Source: a virus (lineage: Duplodnaviria; Caudoviricetes). Taken from it: a DNA stretch of 64,000 nucleotides. Numbering within the stretch: position 1 is the first letter of the stretch; the number at the start of each line of letters is the position of its first letter. This document shows, piece after piece, positions 29,682-40,100 of the stretch. Under the pieces are notes generated by a model, which was given only the letters and a program-made list of their open reading frames with translations, was not told the DNA's origin and made no database searches. The position numbers and the translations under genes were made by a program. The stretch is taken from the IMG/VR virus record IMGVR_UViG_3300023055_000005; one strand, 5' to 3'.

Positions 29682-30138
29682 CGGTGAAGATCACATCAAC
29701 ATCTATACCGGAGGTAAGACCAGGCTAGGTCGTTTGCTGAGTAACCTGGCTCCAGTCGGCTTCATCCACCCTACCCACGGCAAGTTCGATACCGTGGAAG
29801 GGTTCTGGTATTGGGCGCGCTCTGGCTTCATTGAAAAGTACTGGGATGACTTCTCCACCGCAAGCGGCTTTGATGCCAAGCGGTTGGGTAAGACGCTGCC
29901 TCGTGTCGAGGTGGACGACTTCCAGGACCAGATCAAGAAAGTCATCGAACTCAAGATCCGGCAAAATCAAGAGCTGCGCGAACTGCTGCGAGAGTCGACC
30001 CTGCCACTGCGTCACTACTACTGCTACGGTAGTGGGGACAAAGTGAAGGTCATCGATCTGAGCAAGAAATACTCGTGGCAAATCGAGCACATCGACTCCA
30101 TCCGAAATGCACTGAAGGGAATTACACGAAATGACTGA
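29635..30138 (+). CDS. NADAR/YbiA-like protein
   Basis: DHINIY..LGRLLSNLA..F..GKFDTVEGFWYW..AKRLGK..KIRQNQELRELLRES follows the NADAR pattern LSNF / F.S.E / AK..G / KF.QN..L...LL. Confidence 0.65.
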   Translation: MSSETPANETVAPVTDGEDHINIYTGGKTRLGRLLSNLAPVGFIHPTHGKFDTVEGFWYWARSGFIEKYWDDFSTASGFDAKRLGKTLPRVEVDDFQDQIKKVIELKIRQNQELRELLRESTLPLRHYYCYGSGDKVKVIDLSKKYSWQIEHIDSIRNALKGITRND

Positions 30139-30592
30139 GTTCAACCCGAACCGCGAAGGCGTCGACCACATCAACATCAACCGCAACGCGCGGTCGGCGT
30201 TGGGTCGTCTGCTGCATCCTGCATCCAACCTGCCGTTGAACCATCCCGAGCATGGGAAGTTCGCCTCTCTGGAAAACTTCCGGATGTGGATCAACACAGG
30301 CATGTCGGTGATGCGGCTGCGTCACGTACCGGTGAACCGGGCAATCGAGATCGCCAATACCCTGCCCCGTGGGAACATCACCGCCATGGTGCGTGAAGAC
30401 CTGCTGTGCGAGGGCCTTGGCTTCAAGATCGAGCAGAACGCTGAGTTGGCCTCGCTGCTGCGTGACTGCAAGCTGCCGATTGTCGCCTATCACGTCCATC
30501 GTGACGGCGAGAACAATCTGGTGGTGAGCAACTACGCCCAGCCGTTGGATTGGATGTTGCAGCATCTGGCACTTCATCGCCACTGCTGCTAA
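30131..30592 (+). CDS. NADAR-like paralog, degenerate
   Basis: DHININ..LGRLLHP..HPEHGKFASLENFRMW..KIEQNAELASLLRDC aligns by eye with the upstream gene. Confidence 0.55.
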   Translation: MTEFNPNREGVDHININRNARSALGRLLHPASNLPLNHPEHGKFASLENFRMWINTGMSVMRLRHVPVNRAIEIANTLPRGNITAMVREDLLCEGLGFKIEQNAELASLLRDCKLPIVAYHVHRDGENNLVVSNYAQPLDWMLQHLALHRHCC

Positions 30593-30600
30593 GTAACGAT

Positions 30601-30650
30601 GGCCCTCCTCCGCAAGGGGGAGGGTCGTTATGCCTTACTCTTTTTTTTTG
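30601..30650 (+). terminator. Hairpin-TATGCC plus T tract after the NADAR pair
   Basis: GGCCCTCCTCC-gcaa-GGGGGAGGGTC then tatgcc and T9. Confidence 0.7.
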
Positions 30651-30683
30651 CCTAGCTTATGACAGTTCCAGGGAATCACTGCT

Positions 30684-31913
30684 ATGGCCAAGCGCCTTAC
30701 CGATACCATTTTCTCCAAGGGCGCCAAAGACAAAATCTTGGTGGCTGATCCGTACAAGATTGCCGATACCGTATCGCGCAACAACATCGTCTCCAAGTTG
30801 GGTGGCTTGGCCGGTGGGCTCACTGGTAAGCTTGGAGCCTTCGGTTCCAAGATTGGAAAGCTGGCTGACGTCAAGGGAAAGATCTCTGCTGTCAAGAGCA
30901 AGATCGACGCAGTCAAGAACTCCTCGGCCCTGAAGGCAATCAAGGGCGGTATTGCCACCGTCAAGAAAGGCGTGGAGACTGCCCGTAAGGCTGTCGGCAT
31001 TGCCAAGAACATGGTCAATGGCGCCAAGCAGATCAAGAAGAATCTGCTCGACGTCAAGAAGAATCTGGCGAGCGATGTCAAGGCTGGCTTCGCCGGCGGT
31101 GCCAAGAACTTCCTGCGCGAGAATGCAGGGTTCATGGGTGATCGTCTGGCCAGCTCTGTCTCGGAGAAAGGCTTCAACTTCTCCAACCTGAAGGACAGTG
31201 TCAAGCAGGATGCGCTCACCAACACCAACCTGCTGAAGAACAACCTGAAGGTCATCTCCAAGGACTCGTTCGGTAACATCAGCGTTTCCCGGTTCAAGGA
31301 TAAGGACGGGCGCGAGTTCATCGATTCGGCCAAGGGTATCAAGGCCATGACCGGTGGCAGCGATGACTCGATCAAGGTCGTCGACTTGGAAGCTGAGCAG
31401 GCTGTTGCCACGGCCACTGGTAAGGACATGGTTGCCTCTGGCATGTCCAACCAACTCAAGGACATGCTGGCCAACATCGAGCCGGAGAATCGCAAGGAAG
31501 TTGTCCTTGGGATCTTCCCTCAGGCAGTGGCAGCCTCTGACCTGACTGCGATCTGGTACATGCTCTCTGTTGTTCCGGGGAAGGTCATCTGTGCCCGCTA
31601 TCCGGATGCGGCGGAGATGATCATGCGCAACTACCGCAAGCCGGTGCCGTGCACTCCCGAACAGGAGCAGGCCGAGTGTGCTGTTCTGCGTGACGTGCTG
31701 GGCCTGATGCAGGAGAACTGGTGGTACGCTGATCGCAACGGTACTGCGGTCATTGACATCACTGCTTTCGCTGAGGCCAGTCCTGACGCCCTGTCGGTCT
31801 TCCGATGGGATGAGCGATTCGAAACGGCCATCCTGCTTGCTCCTCTGTTCCCCAACCGGGCGATCAAGGATCAGGTGCTGGAGTACTACCCGTTTGTACC
31901 CGAGTTTGGTTGA
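30684..31913 (+). CDS. Conserved hypothetical (probable virion) protein with a Lys/Gly/Ala-rich amphipathic N-terminal third
   Basis: 409 aa; flanked by hairpins; converges on the gp182-like gene. Confidence 0.65.
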   Translation: MAKRLTDTIFSKGAKDKILVADPYKIADTVSRNNIVSKLGGLAGGLTGKLGAFGSKIGKLADVKGKISAVKSKIDAVKNSSALKAIKGGIATVKKGVETARKAVGIAKNMVNGAKQIKKNLLDVKKNLASDVKAGFAGGAKNFLRENAGFMGDRLASSVSEKGFNFSNLKDSVKQDALTNTNLLKNNLKVISKDSFGNISVSRFKDKDGREFIDSAKGIKAMTGGSDDSIKVVDLEAEQAVATATGKDMVASGMSNQLKDMLANIEPENRKEVVLGIFPQAVAASDLTAIWYMLSVVPGKVICARYPDAAEMIMRNYRKPVPCTPEQEQAECAVLRDVLGLMQENWWYADRNGTAVIDITAFAEASPDALSVFRWDERFETAILLAPLFPNRAIKDQVLEYYPFVPEFG

Positions 31914-31916
31914 CGA

Positions 31917-31951
31917 CATAGAGGAGGGGCTTTCGCCCCTCCTCGTATGCC
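31917..31951. terminator. CATA-hairpin-TATGCC element between convergent genes
   Basis: GAGGAGGGGC-tttc-GCCCCTCCTC. Confidence 0.75.
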
Positions 31952-31953
31952 CT

Positions 31954-34107
31954 TTACGGACGATCCGTACCACGGTACAGAATGGAGATCAGTCGACCAG
32001 GCTTGGAACCCAGCGCATGCATACCCACACGCGACGGCGAGATCCAGTTCTTGCCAGCAACCATCTGACGGGTGATCGCCAACTTCAGGCGACGGCCAGC
32101 AGTCGTCTGGTCCTGCAGCGACAGACCACCCAGCAGTGCCATGTAGTCGGTGTACAGGTTCTCGTCATCCCAGGTGGAGCTCAGGCCAAGGACAGCCAGT
32201 TGACCCAGTGCCTCACCTGCGTTGTCGGTGCCCGTGATGCCACCCACAGCGTTACCCACCGCCTGACCAACCGGGTTACCAGCAGCCATCTGACCCGCAG
32301 TCACAGCAGCGGTCTGCTGCCAAGAGTTCTGCGGGGCGATCGGCATGAAGAACACGGTGGACAGATCGACCAGCGAGAACGCTACGTCCAGCTGCAACGG
32401 CTCGAAGTCTTCCGTGAACCCGACGTTACCAGCGCCGTGACTGACAGAGATGTTGTCCATCATTGCCAGACGCGACTGCATCATGCCGCGGCAGTACGCC
32501 TCACACAGGAACGGAGAGGTGTAGGACTGCTTACCGGTAGCCAGCGGAGAGCCACCAGCCAGGATGCACGCCAGAGGCACGTACAGGTGCAGCAGGCGAG
32601 CCATCTTGTTGCCGTAGGCCGAGCGCAGGGTCAGGGTGAAGTCCAAGCGAGGCAGCGAGGCACGTGAGGACATCCAGACCTTGGGGATCTCGATCTGAGC
32701 ATTACCCGCCAGTGCTGCAGCGCCACCAGCGCCGAACTGCTCCATGAAGCCCTGAGCCGCATCGGAGACAGCGTTCTTCGCCGCACCGAATGCCTCGCCC
32801 ACCATACCGCCGACAATCTTACCGTCAGCAAGGTTGGTTCGTGCTGCACGATTGGCCGAAGCAATGGAGTTCAGCTTCTGGGAGATCTCCGACTCGCCGG
32901 CTTCATTGGAGATGCTCAGCTGCGTCGGACCGGTGTAGTCAACACGCAGACCAAGGAACTGAGAGCCGTCCTGATTTTCGCCATGGAAGAACGAGGTCAT
33001 CGAGTCCCACCACTTGGCGGGCTGATTGTTCTCGTCGTAACCGGCACGACCACCGCCCTGCTCCACAGCGTCAGCCTTGTCCAGAGCAAATGCACGATCA
33101 GCTCGGGTGGCGTAGGCTTTCAGGTAGGCGTTGGCTGCTGACCACTTCTCATCAACCAGTGCAGTGCCGCTATTTGGATCTTTGAGGAAGTAGCTCTGCG
33201 GATTGGTCGGGGAGATGTGAGCGCCGTAGACGTTCTTTACTGCAGCACCGAAGCGTTGCAGGAACGGCGTGTCCTTACCTGGAGCGTCGTCGTTGAAGCC
33301 CTTGCCCAGGTAGTTGTTGGACATCACCTGGTCGAGTTTCTCATTGAAGAGATTGGCCTTACGCTGAGCCTTACCTGCGATCCAGTAGACGTCGATACCG
33401 CCCCACCGATGGAAGATGTCCGGCTGTACCTTGTAGTACGCCTTCATGTCTTCGGAGGTGAAGGTGGACCGGTCCTTGGCCCAGCGGGTCTGTTCTTCCA
33501 CGGTCATGGCTCGGGGGATGATCCCCATGTTCACAGCCAGACCGTTGACGATGGTGTTGACCGCATCCCAGTACAGCGGCATTGCTTGGTTCAGCGAGTA
33601 GAACCGGCTGGACGGCTTGCCAAGCATGTAGTTGAGTGCACGGTCAACCATGATCATTGGCTGGGCAGGCAGCGTGGCCACCGTACCAACCATCTTGCCA
33701 GCCTCGTACATGATGCCGGGCACACGACCAGTGCGCGCCATGATTGCCATGCCGGGGCTGTACATATTCGCGAAGAAGTTCAACAGCGAGTTGAACTGGG
33801 GAACACCGAAGCGCATGTAAAGACGCTGCGATCGGCTATCGATGGCTTCTTCATACCAACGACCCATGCCCTTGTTCTCAAAGCCCTTGGCACCGAAAGC
33901 GGTGATGCCGTATGCCTTGACGTCCGCAGTACGGGTCAGCTGCGGTGGGGGATTGATGACAAAGTTGCCGCCCAGAGAGGTATCGGTGAACCCGAAGTCC
34001 ACCTCACGCAACGTACGGCGTTCAAACTCAATGTCATCCATTTTGTCAGCGGAGACGATGAAAGTCTGGCGCATCCAGTCGCGATCGTGACGGTGAAGGG
34101 TTGCCAT
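31954..34107 (-). CDS. Tail/baseplate structural protein (phiKZ gp182-like)
   Basis: 717 aa directly downstream of the gp181-like gene; DTSLGGNFVINPPPQLTRTAD; GKQSYTSPFLC. Confidence 0.7.
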   Translation of the reverse strand: MATLHRHDRDWMRQTFIVSADKMDDIEFERRTLREVDFGFTDTSLGGNFVINPPPQLTRTADVKAYGITAFGAKGFENKGMGRWYEEAIDSRSQRLYMRFGVPQFNSLLNFFANMYSPGMAIMARTGRVPGIMYEAGKMVGTVATLPAQPMIMVDRALNYMLGKPSSRFYSLNQAMPLYWDAVNTIVNGLAVNMGIIPRAMTVEEQTRWAKDRSTFTSEDMKAYYKVQPDIFHRWGGIDVYWIAGKAQRKANLFNEKLDQVMSNNYLGKGFNDDAPGKDTPFLQRFGAAVKNVYGAHISPTNPQSYFLKDPNSGTALVDEKWSAANAYLKAYATRADRAFALDKADAVEQGGGRAGYDENNQPAKWWDSMTSFFHGENQDGSQFLGLRVDYTGPTQLSISNEAGESEISQKLNSIASANRAARTNLADGKIVGGMVGEAFGAAKNAVSDAAQGFMEQFGAGGAAALAGNAQIEIPKVWMSSRASLPRLDFTLTLRSAYGNKMARLLHLYVPLACILAGGSPLATGKQSYTSPFLCEAYCRGMMQSRLAMMDNISVSHGAGNVGFTEDFEPLQLDVAFSLVDLSTVFFMPIAPQNSWQQTAAVTAGQMAAGNPVGQAVGNAVGGITGTDNAGEALGQLAVLGLSSTWDDENLYTDYMALLGGLSLQDQTTAGRRLKLAITRQMVAGKNWISPSRVGMHALGSKPGRLISILYRGTDRP

Positions 34108-34136
34108 CTTGGGATCTCATGTAAAAGGAAAAAGTA

Positions 34137-34175
34137 GGGGCGGAGGACAACCTCCGCCCCATTCCACTTTATGCC
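34137..34175 (-). terminator. Hairpin between the gp181-like and gp182-like genes
   Basis: GGGGCGGAGG-acaa-CCTCCGCCCC with an A tract on the left (T tract on the minus strand). Confidence 0.7.
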
Positions 34176-37100
34176 ACGTCGCTGCGCAGGCCGAAATCAA
34201 CCACGGGGGTCGAGTTGGACTCTGCTACCAGAGTAGCCTGACGTCGAGCATTCTCTCGCTTGGCGCGAGTACTCTGCTGTACCATCAAGCCATCCTTTTC
34301 CACTGACTTCGGTGGCGGTGCAGCGGGTGCTGCTTCTGCGGGTGCGGCTTCAGAAGATTGGGCTGGCACATTGAGAGCTGCCGGGTTGTTCCCAATCTTG
34401 GTACTGATGTCGCGCAGGTGACCTTCCATGGCCTTCATCACGTACAACTGCTTGTTCATGATTTCCATCACGCTGCCGGTCTGAGCCGTCTGAGCACTCT
34501 GAACGGCACGGCTGTTTACGTCGGCCTCGTAAGACTGACGAACCGCAGCCTGCTGCATCTGAACCTGCGGATCGGAGTTGGTCGTACTTGCGCTGACCAA
34601 ACCGACGCCACCTGCACCCTGGTCGTTGTAGGCCGGGTTGGACGGACGGGGAGCATCGACGAACTCACGCGGTGTTGCATTGGCACCAGCCGGAGCCGCG
34701 CCTGCCATTGCCAGCGCAGGGTTGGGAGCACCGGTAGCCGAGACAGGCATTGCACTGGCCGTGTAGCTGGCCGCCTGACCCGTATCACCTTCACCACTAC
34801 GAGTGTTGAAACTACCCGCACCGATGGCCGCAATGTCACTCGCACCGTAACGATGGCCCCGTACCAGCTTGTCCAGATGGGCAATCACGCCACCCATCGT
34901 CTTGGGACGACCATCACGCTCGAAGTAGATGTTGCGGTTGGCACTAGCCGCTGCAGGCATCGCCTGAGCACCAATGGCCTCTGCGGGGGACCGTAGAGCA
35001 CTGACAGCGCCACCGGCACCCATGAAGTGCGCCATGTACAGATCAGTATCCGTGGGTTCACGACCGACACTCTTACGCAAGTGAGCGGCATTCTCCCTCA
35101 GGAACTCGGCACCCATCAGGGCATTGGCACGCGGGTCGAACTGATGCGCATCCGGCGAGATGCCGTACTTCGCACCGTACTTCTTCAACATCGACTTCCA
35201 GGTGCTGTTGATGAACTGATACAGACCCTTGGCCGAGGACGTACCTGCACCGACCTGCGGGCGGAAGCCCGACTCAATCGACGCCATGGTCATCATCAAC
35301 TTCGGATCCACGCCAGCCATCTTTGCAGCCGCCACGATCAGCGGACCGATCGCCTTGGCACCCACAGCGCCCGGAGGCGGCATGGGCAAGTCGTTGACGT
35401 TGCCACCGGTTCCGTTACCCGGATGATCGACCGTCTGACCCACAGGACTCGGGTTGGAGTAGTTGCCTGCCCCGTAGCCGGTGTTCATCATCGCTGGTGC
35501 GGCACCCATGCCCATACCCGAGCCCGGCTGGTAGGCCGTGTTCATGTACGAGTACGGAGTGGACGCTGACGCATTCCCCGCGCTTGCAGTACCGCCACCA
35601 GCAGACGCTCGTGCAGCCGCCGCCGCCGAGTCGGCCGTAGCCTGAGCGGGTGTGGTGTTGTATGCCGAGTTGGCCTGCTTGTTCTGGTTTGCTTCGCGAA
35701 CAGCATTGGGGTCAAGACACGCCATGCCACCGATGATGGCCAGCTGGAACGGACGAGCCGCCATCTTCTCGTAGAACAGCTTCATCGCTGCCTGCGAGTT
35801 GGTGATCGACTTCTGGTTACCAATACGAGCACGACCCAGGCCCAAGAGAATGCAGCCCTGTGAATCAGCCTTCTTGCCGTGCTCTGCCGACCCTGCCGAA
35901 TTACCAGCGTGGATCAGAATCGCCGACCGACCCGGCACACCGTACACCTCGTACGCCTGACCGAAGGAACTGGTCTGACGCTTGGCACACTTGTAGACGC
36001 CCGTGGGAATGCACGACACCCTCGATGCGTTGTCCTTCCATGGCAGTTCCAAGGTCTGGAACACCGTGCCGTCTGGCAGCTTCAGCGTACCGTAGGTTCC
36101 ATCCAGATCCGACGCCTCACGATCAAGAACCAGCTGCATCGTGCCGTTGAGCATGATGGGAGCCATCGGAGGAGCCATCATCATTCCCTGACCCGGCTTG
36201 TACTGCATGTTCATGTAACCACCGCCAACGGCCAATCCACCGACCGATGCTATCGGCCTACCGTTGGCGTCGAACCCTGCGGTAGGCTTGCCTTCCGTAG
36301 CGCCTGCAAAGCCCGTGGCTGCAACACCGGTGGGAACACCCGGCACCTTCCCTGCCTGCTCAGCCTTGCGCTTGGCATCAGCAATGTCGGCATCTTCCTG
36401 ACGACGATCCATCCAGTCGTTCAGAGGAGAGGTCATCATGCTCATGCCCGGAGCCAGTGCCATGGAGGCATCAGAGAGACGCTTGGCGCCACTCATGAAT
36501 CCACCAACGCCCGAACGGTCCTTGTCAATGCGAGCCAGCGCCAGGCTCATCGAGCGATCCACGTCTGCAGCCGAGATCTTCAGCGGTTCGCCGAAGGGAC
36601 CAGCCATGGACTTGTAGATCTCCGGATTTACCTTGGAGCCTGCCTTGACCAGCTCCACCTTCTTGTCCTGATCCAACTCATCGTCGGCGTCGTTCAAGTT
36701 GGTGGTCGGTGCAATGGCCTTCATCGCCTGGAACCAAGTCAGATAGACCGGCTTGAATCGGCGAGTCAACCACACATCGAGCAGGTTGCGTTCTTCTTGG
36801 TTGTTGGTGAACCAACCGTCGTCCAGGCCGAAGTGCTTGTACACCTCTTCCATGGAGAGTTTCTCCGAGGAGATATCCAGCTGACCGTTCACCATCTTGG
36901 TGTGCGGTGCAACCATCTGCTCGAAGTCGACGATCTTCTCCACGTTGCTGGCATCGCCATAGGCCACGCCGTACTGTGCCATACGGAACGCACGGACCGG
37001 GATGTAGGTGCCGTACTTGTACTTCTTCCACGCCTTGTAACCGACGTAGCCAACAGCACCCACCACAGCCGCACCGATCAAGACCGGCAGACCAATGGTT

Positions 37101-40100
37101 GCCATCAGACCAGCACCAGCCGTACCGGCCACAGCACCGCCTGCACCCACGCCACCAGCAGCTGCCGCAGTACCTGCCGCAGCGCCACCACCGGTCAAGG
37201 TAGAGACAACGGAGGTTGCCATCAGGCCAGTGGAGACCATACCTGCGGTATCGGCCACACCGTTGACGACCTTACCACCAGTGGAGTCATCGCCACCCAG
37301 CTTGTCAACCAGATAGCTACCACCCAGACCCATTGCCACACCAGCAGCGATGCCACCGACGCTTGCACCACGCGGACGGAAGCGACCAATGCCCCTGCGG
37401 AGGAAGCCAGGAGCCCGACGTGCACCGGGGATCGGAGGCGGACGAACTACTCGCGGTGTTGCACCAGTGCGAGCACGGGCCGGAAGCCCACGACGACGCC
37501 TGGAACGAGCAATACGGGCCGCGCGGTTACGACGCCACCCACCACGCTTACGACCACGGGTGTCGCGCCCTGGGGCACGATTGCGGCGCTGCTTGCGACC
37601 ATCGGCATCGACGTAGAAGTCGCCACCGCCATCGCCACCATCACAGCCACAGCAACCACAACCGCAGTCGCCATCACCGTCACCACCCTTGCCGCCCTTC
37701 CTGCCGAAGAACTTTTCCCACAGGCCCTTGACCTTCCCACCGATACCAAACATGTTGGCAACGATGTTGTCCTTGGAGGAGGCCTTGCCTGCATGACCGG
37801 GGCGATCGCGTTTGTCATCGCCATCACCATCCCCGCTCTTTTCACGTTCCTGCCAGCTGCCATCACGCAGGCCGTCACCGTCGGTATCACCGAACACCGG
37901 CTTGGGCAGACGCTGATCCAGCAACTCGTAGATGTTCTGCAGAACGTTCAACTGCTTGTTCTGCACATCCAGCTGGTTCTGCAGCTGGTCGCCGATATAG
38001 CTACCCACGCCGACGAAGACGTTGGTGATGCTATCCAGACGAACACCGGACAGGAAGTCCATCAGACGCTTGGGTGCCTTCACTGCCCACTGACTGAACT
38101 TGCTCAGACGGGCGGCGATACCCAATGCCACATTCACTGCAACGTGTCCGATACGTCCACCGATCGTCAGACCGAAGGGCATGCCGTTCACGTCTACCAG
38201 CCCGCGCTTGATATCGTCGGTGGTCAGTACGATGTTGCCATCGCTGTCCATGACGGTATTGGTACAATCACGCCAGCTCATCACGACCTTGGTGCCGGTG
38301 ACTCCGTCTTGGACGAAGTACTGGCCGGCCTTCATCTTGATGGCAAGCAGACGCGGAGCCTGCGGTTCACCACGCACGTAGATGTCTTTGTCAGCATCCA
38401 TGCGCGCCAGTGCGCCGTTGATCGCATTGCGAACGAAGTTGCCAGCACGGAACGGAGCAGTGCTCGTCCAGCCCAGCGCCTTCAAGAAGCCGCGCCCACC
38501 GGCAGTGAGACCTGCCAGGATGCGCTGCCCATTGCTGTTGTACAGCTGCTGACTGAAGTCATAGGCCGTCAGCACCACGTTACCGGCAGCATCCTTCACC
38601 GGACCCTTGATGTCCGAGAGCTTGGTGATGACCTTGCCAGTGCCTACGTCGAAGTACTGACCCAGCCGGAGCAGTCGAGCCTCCAGCAGAACACGGCCCT
38701 GCTTGTCACGAACGTCGGAGATGTAGTTCAGAGCACCTTCGGCAGCATTGGCACCTGCAGCCCAGCCAATACCAGCGGCGCCCTTCGCACCACCCCATGC
38801 AGCGTTTGCCAGACTACCCAGCGTACGGCCGAGGAAGCTACCAGCGGCAGAACCACCACGCCAAGCCGCACCAGCGCCCTGACCTGCCAACTTGCCACCA
38901 GCGACCAACTTGCCACCGATCCAACGGAAGGCGTGTTCAGTACCGCCCCAGAAACCCTTGCGCCGTGAGTAGCCGCCCGGAATCGGAGGAGGACCACCGG
39001 AGCCACCACCGCCACCGCCGAATTGGCCAGAGGCAAGCATCTCACGGATATCGCCCAGCAGTTCCACCGTGGCAGTTGCCTGACCGGTGATGTTGTTGGC
39101 ACGCACGGCAGTGATCAGTTCACCCTCACCAGTCACCGATTCATTGATGCTGGTAAGCATGTCGCGAGCATTGACTTTGTTGGAGCCAACACCTGCGGGC
39201 GGTTCAGCAGCTTCGACAGCACGCTGATCCATGATCTTCTGGCGACGCTTGGACACACCCTTGGCACGGCGACCACTGTTGATGGTGGCACGCGAAGGCG
39301 GGGACGCTGCACCGATCGGAGCGGGGGTGGCAGGCATGACGACCTTGGCAACCAGTTGGACCGGTACGCCAGTTTCCTCTGCCAGTTCCCACACCTCGTC
39401 GGGGTAGTCGATGGAAGCATTTGCATCACGAGTACGCCGGAACGCCTCGCTGTAGTTCATGCGACCAGTCAACCCACCCTTCTCGATCAGACCCAGCGCT
39501 TCCATCAGCTCACGCTGACCAGCCTCGATGTAACCCTTGGTCTTGTCACGGGGGTCATCGAAGTTGTTGCGCATTGCGGTGTACTTCTCACGCAACTTGG
39601 CAGCACGGTTGATGTCATGGACGCGGAAGTCGAACTTCTCACCCTGACCCATACCCAGTGCTTGCGAGAACACATCAGCGATCTCCTGCCGGACTTGCGG
39701 CGCGAGCTTCTCGTCGAAGTATTCCTTGTTGGTGTAGTTGTCCGCACTCCACGAACGCGCCCCGAGGGAGTCGCGCATCAGCTGGTCTTTCAGAGCACCT
39801 GACGCTTCCGGGGACATGGTCGAGTTGCCAGCGACCGAACGCACGAACTCATCCAGGCTGTTGCGAGCACCGGTGGTGTTGGCTTCACCGAACATGCGCC
39901 ACGCAGCATCCTTGACAGCCTCGTCCTTGGTCGTGAAAGCACCGCGGTCGGCATTGTAGATGATGCGCTTGATGTTCGGGTTCTTGGACATCATCACCCG
40001 CTGCGCATGCAAGATGCGAGACAGGTAGCCGGGGATCACTTCGATCAGGGCCCGGTTGGCGCCATTGGTGAAGCCGCTGTGCGAATCACTGTCCAGGATC

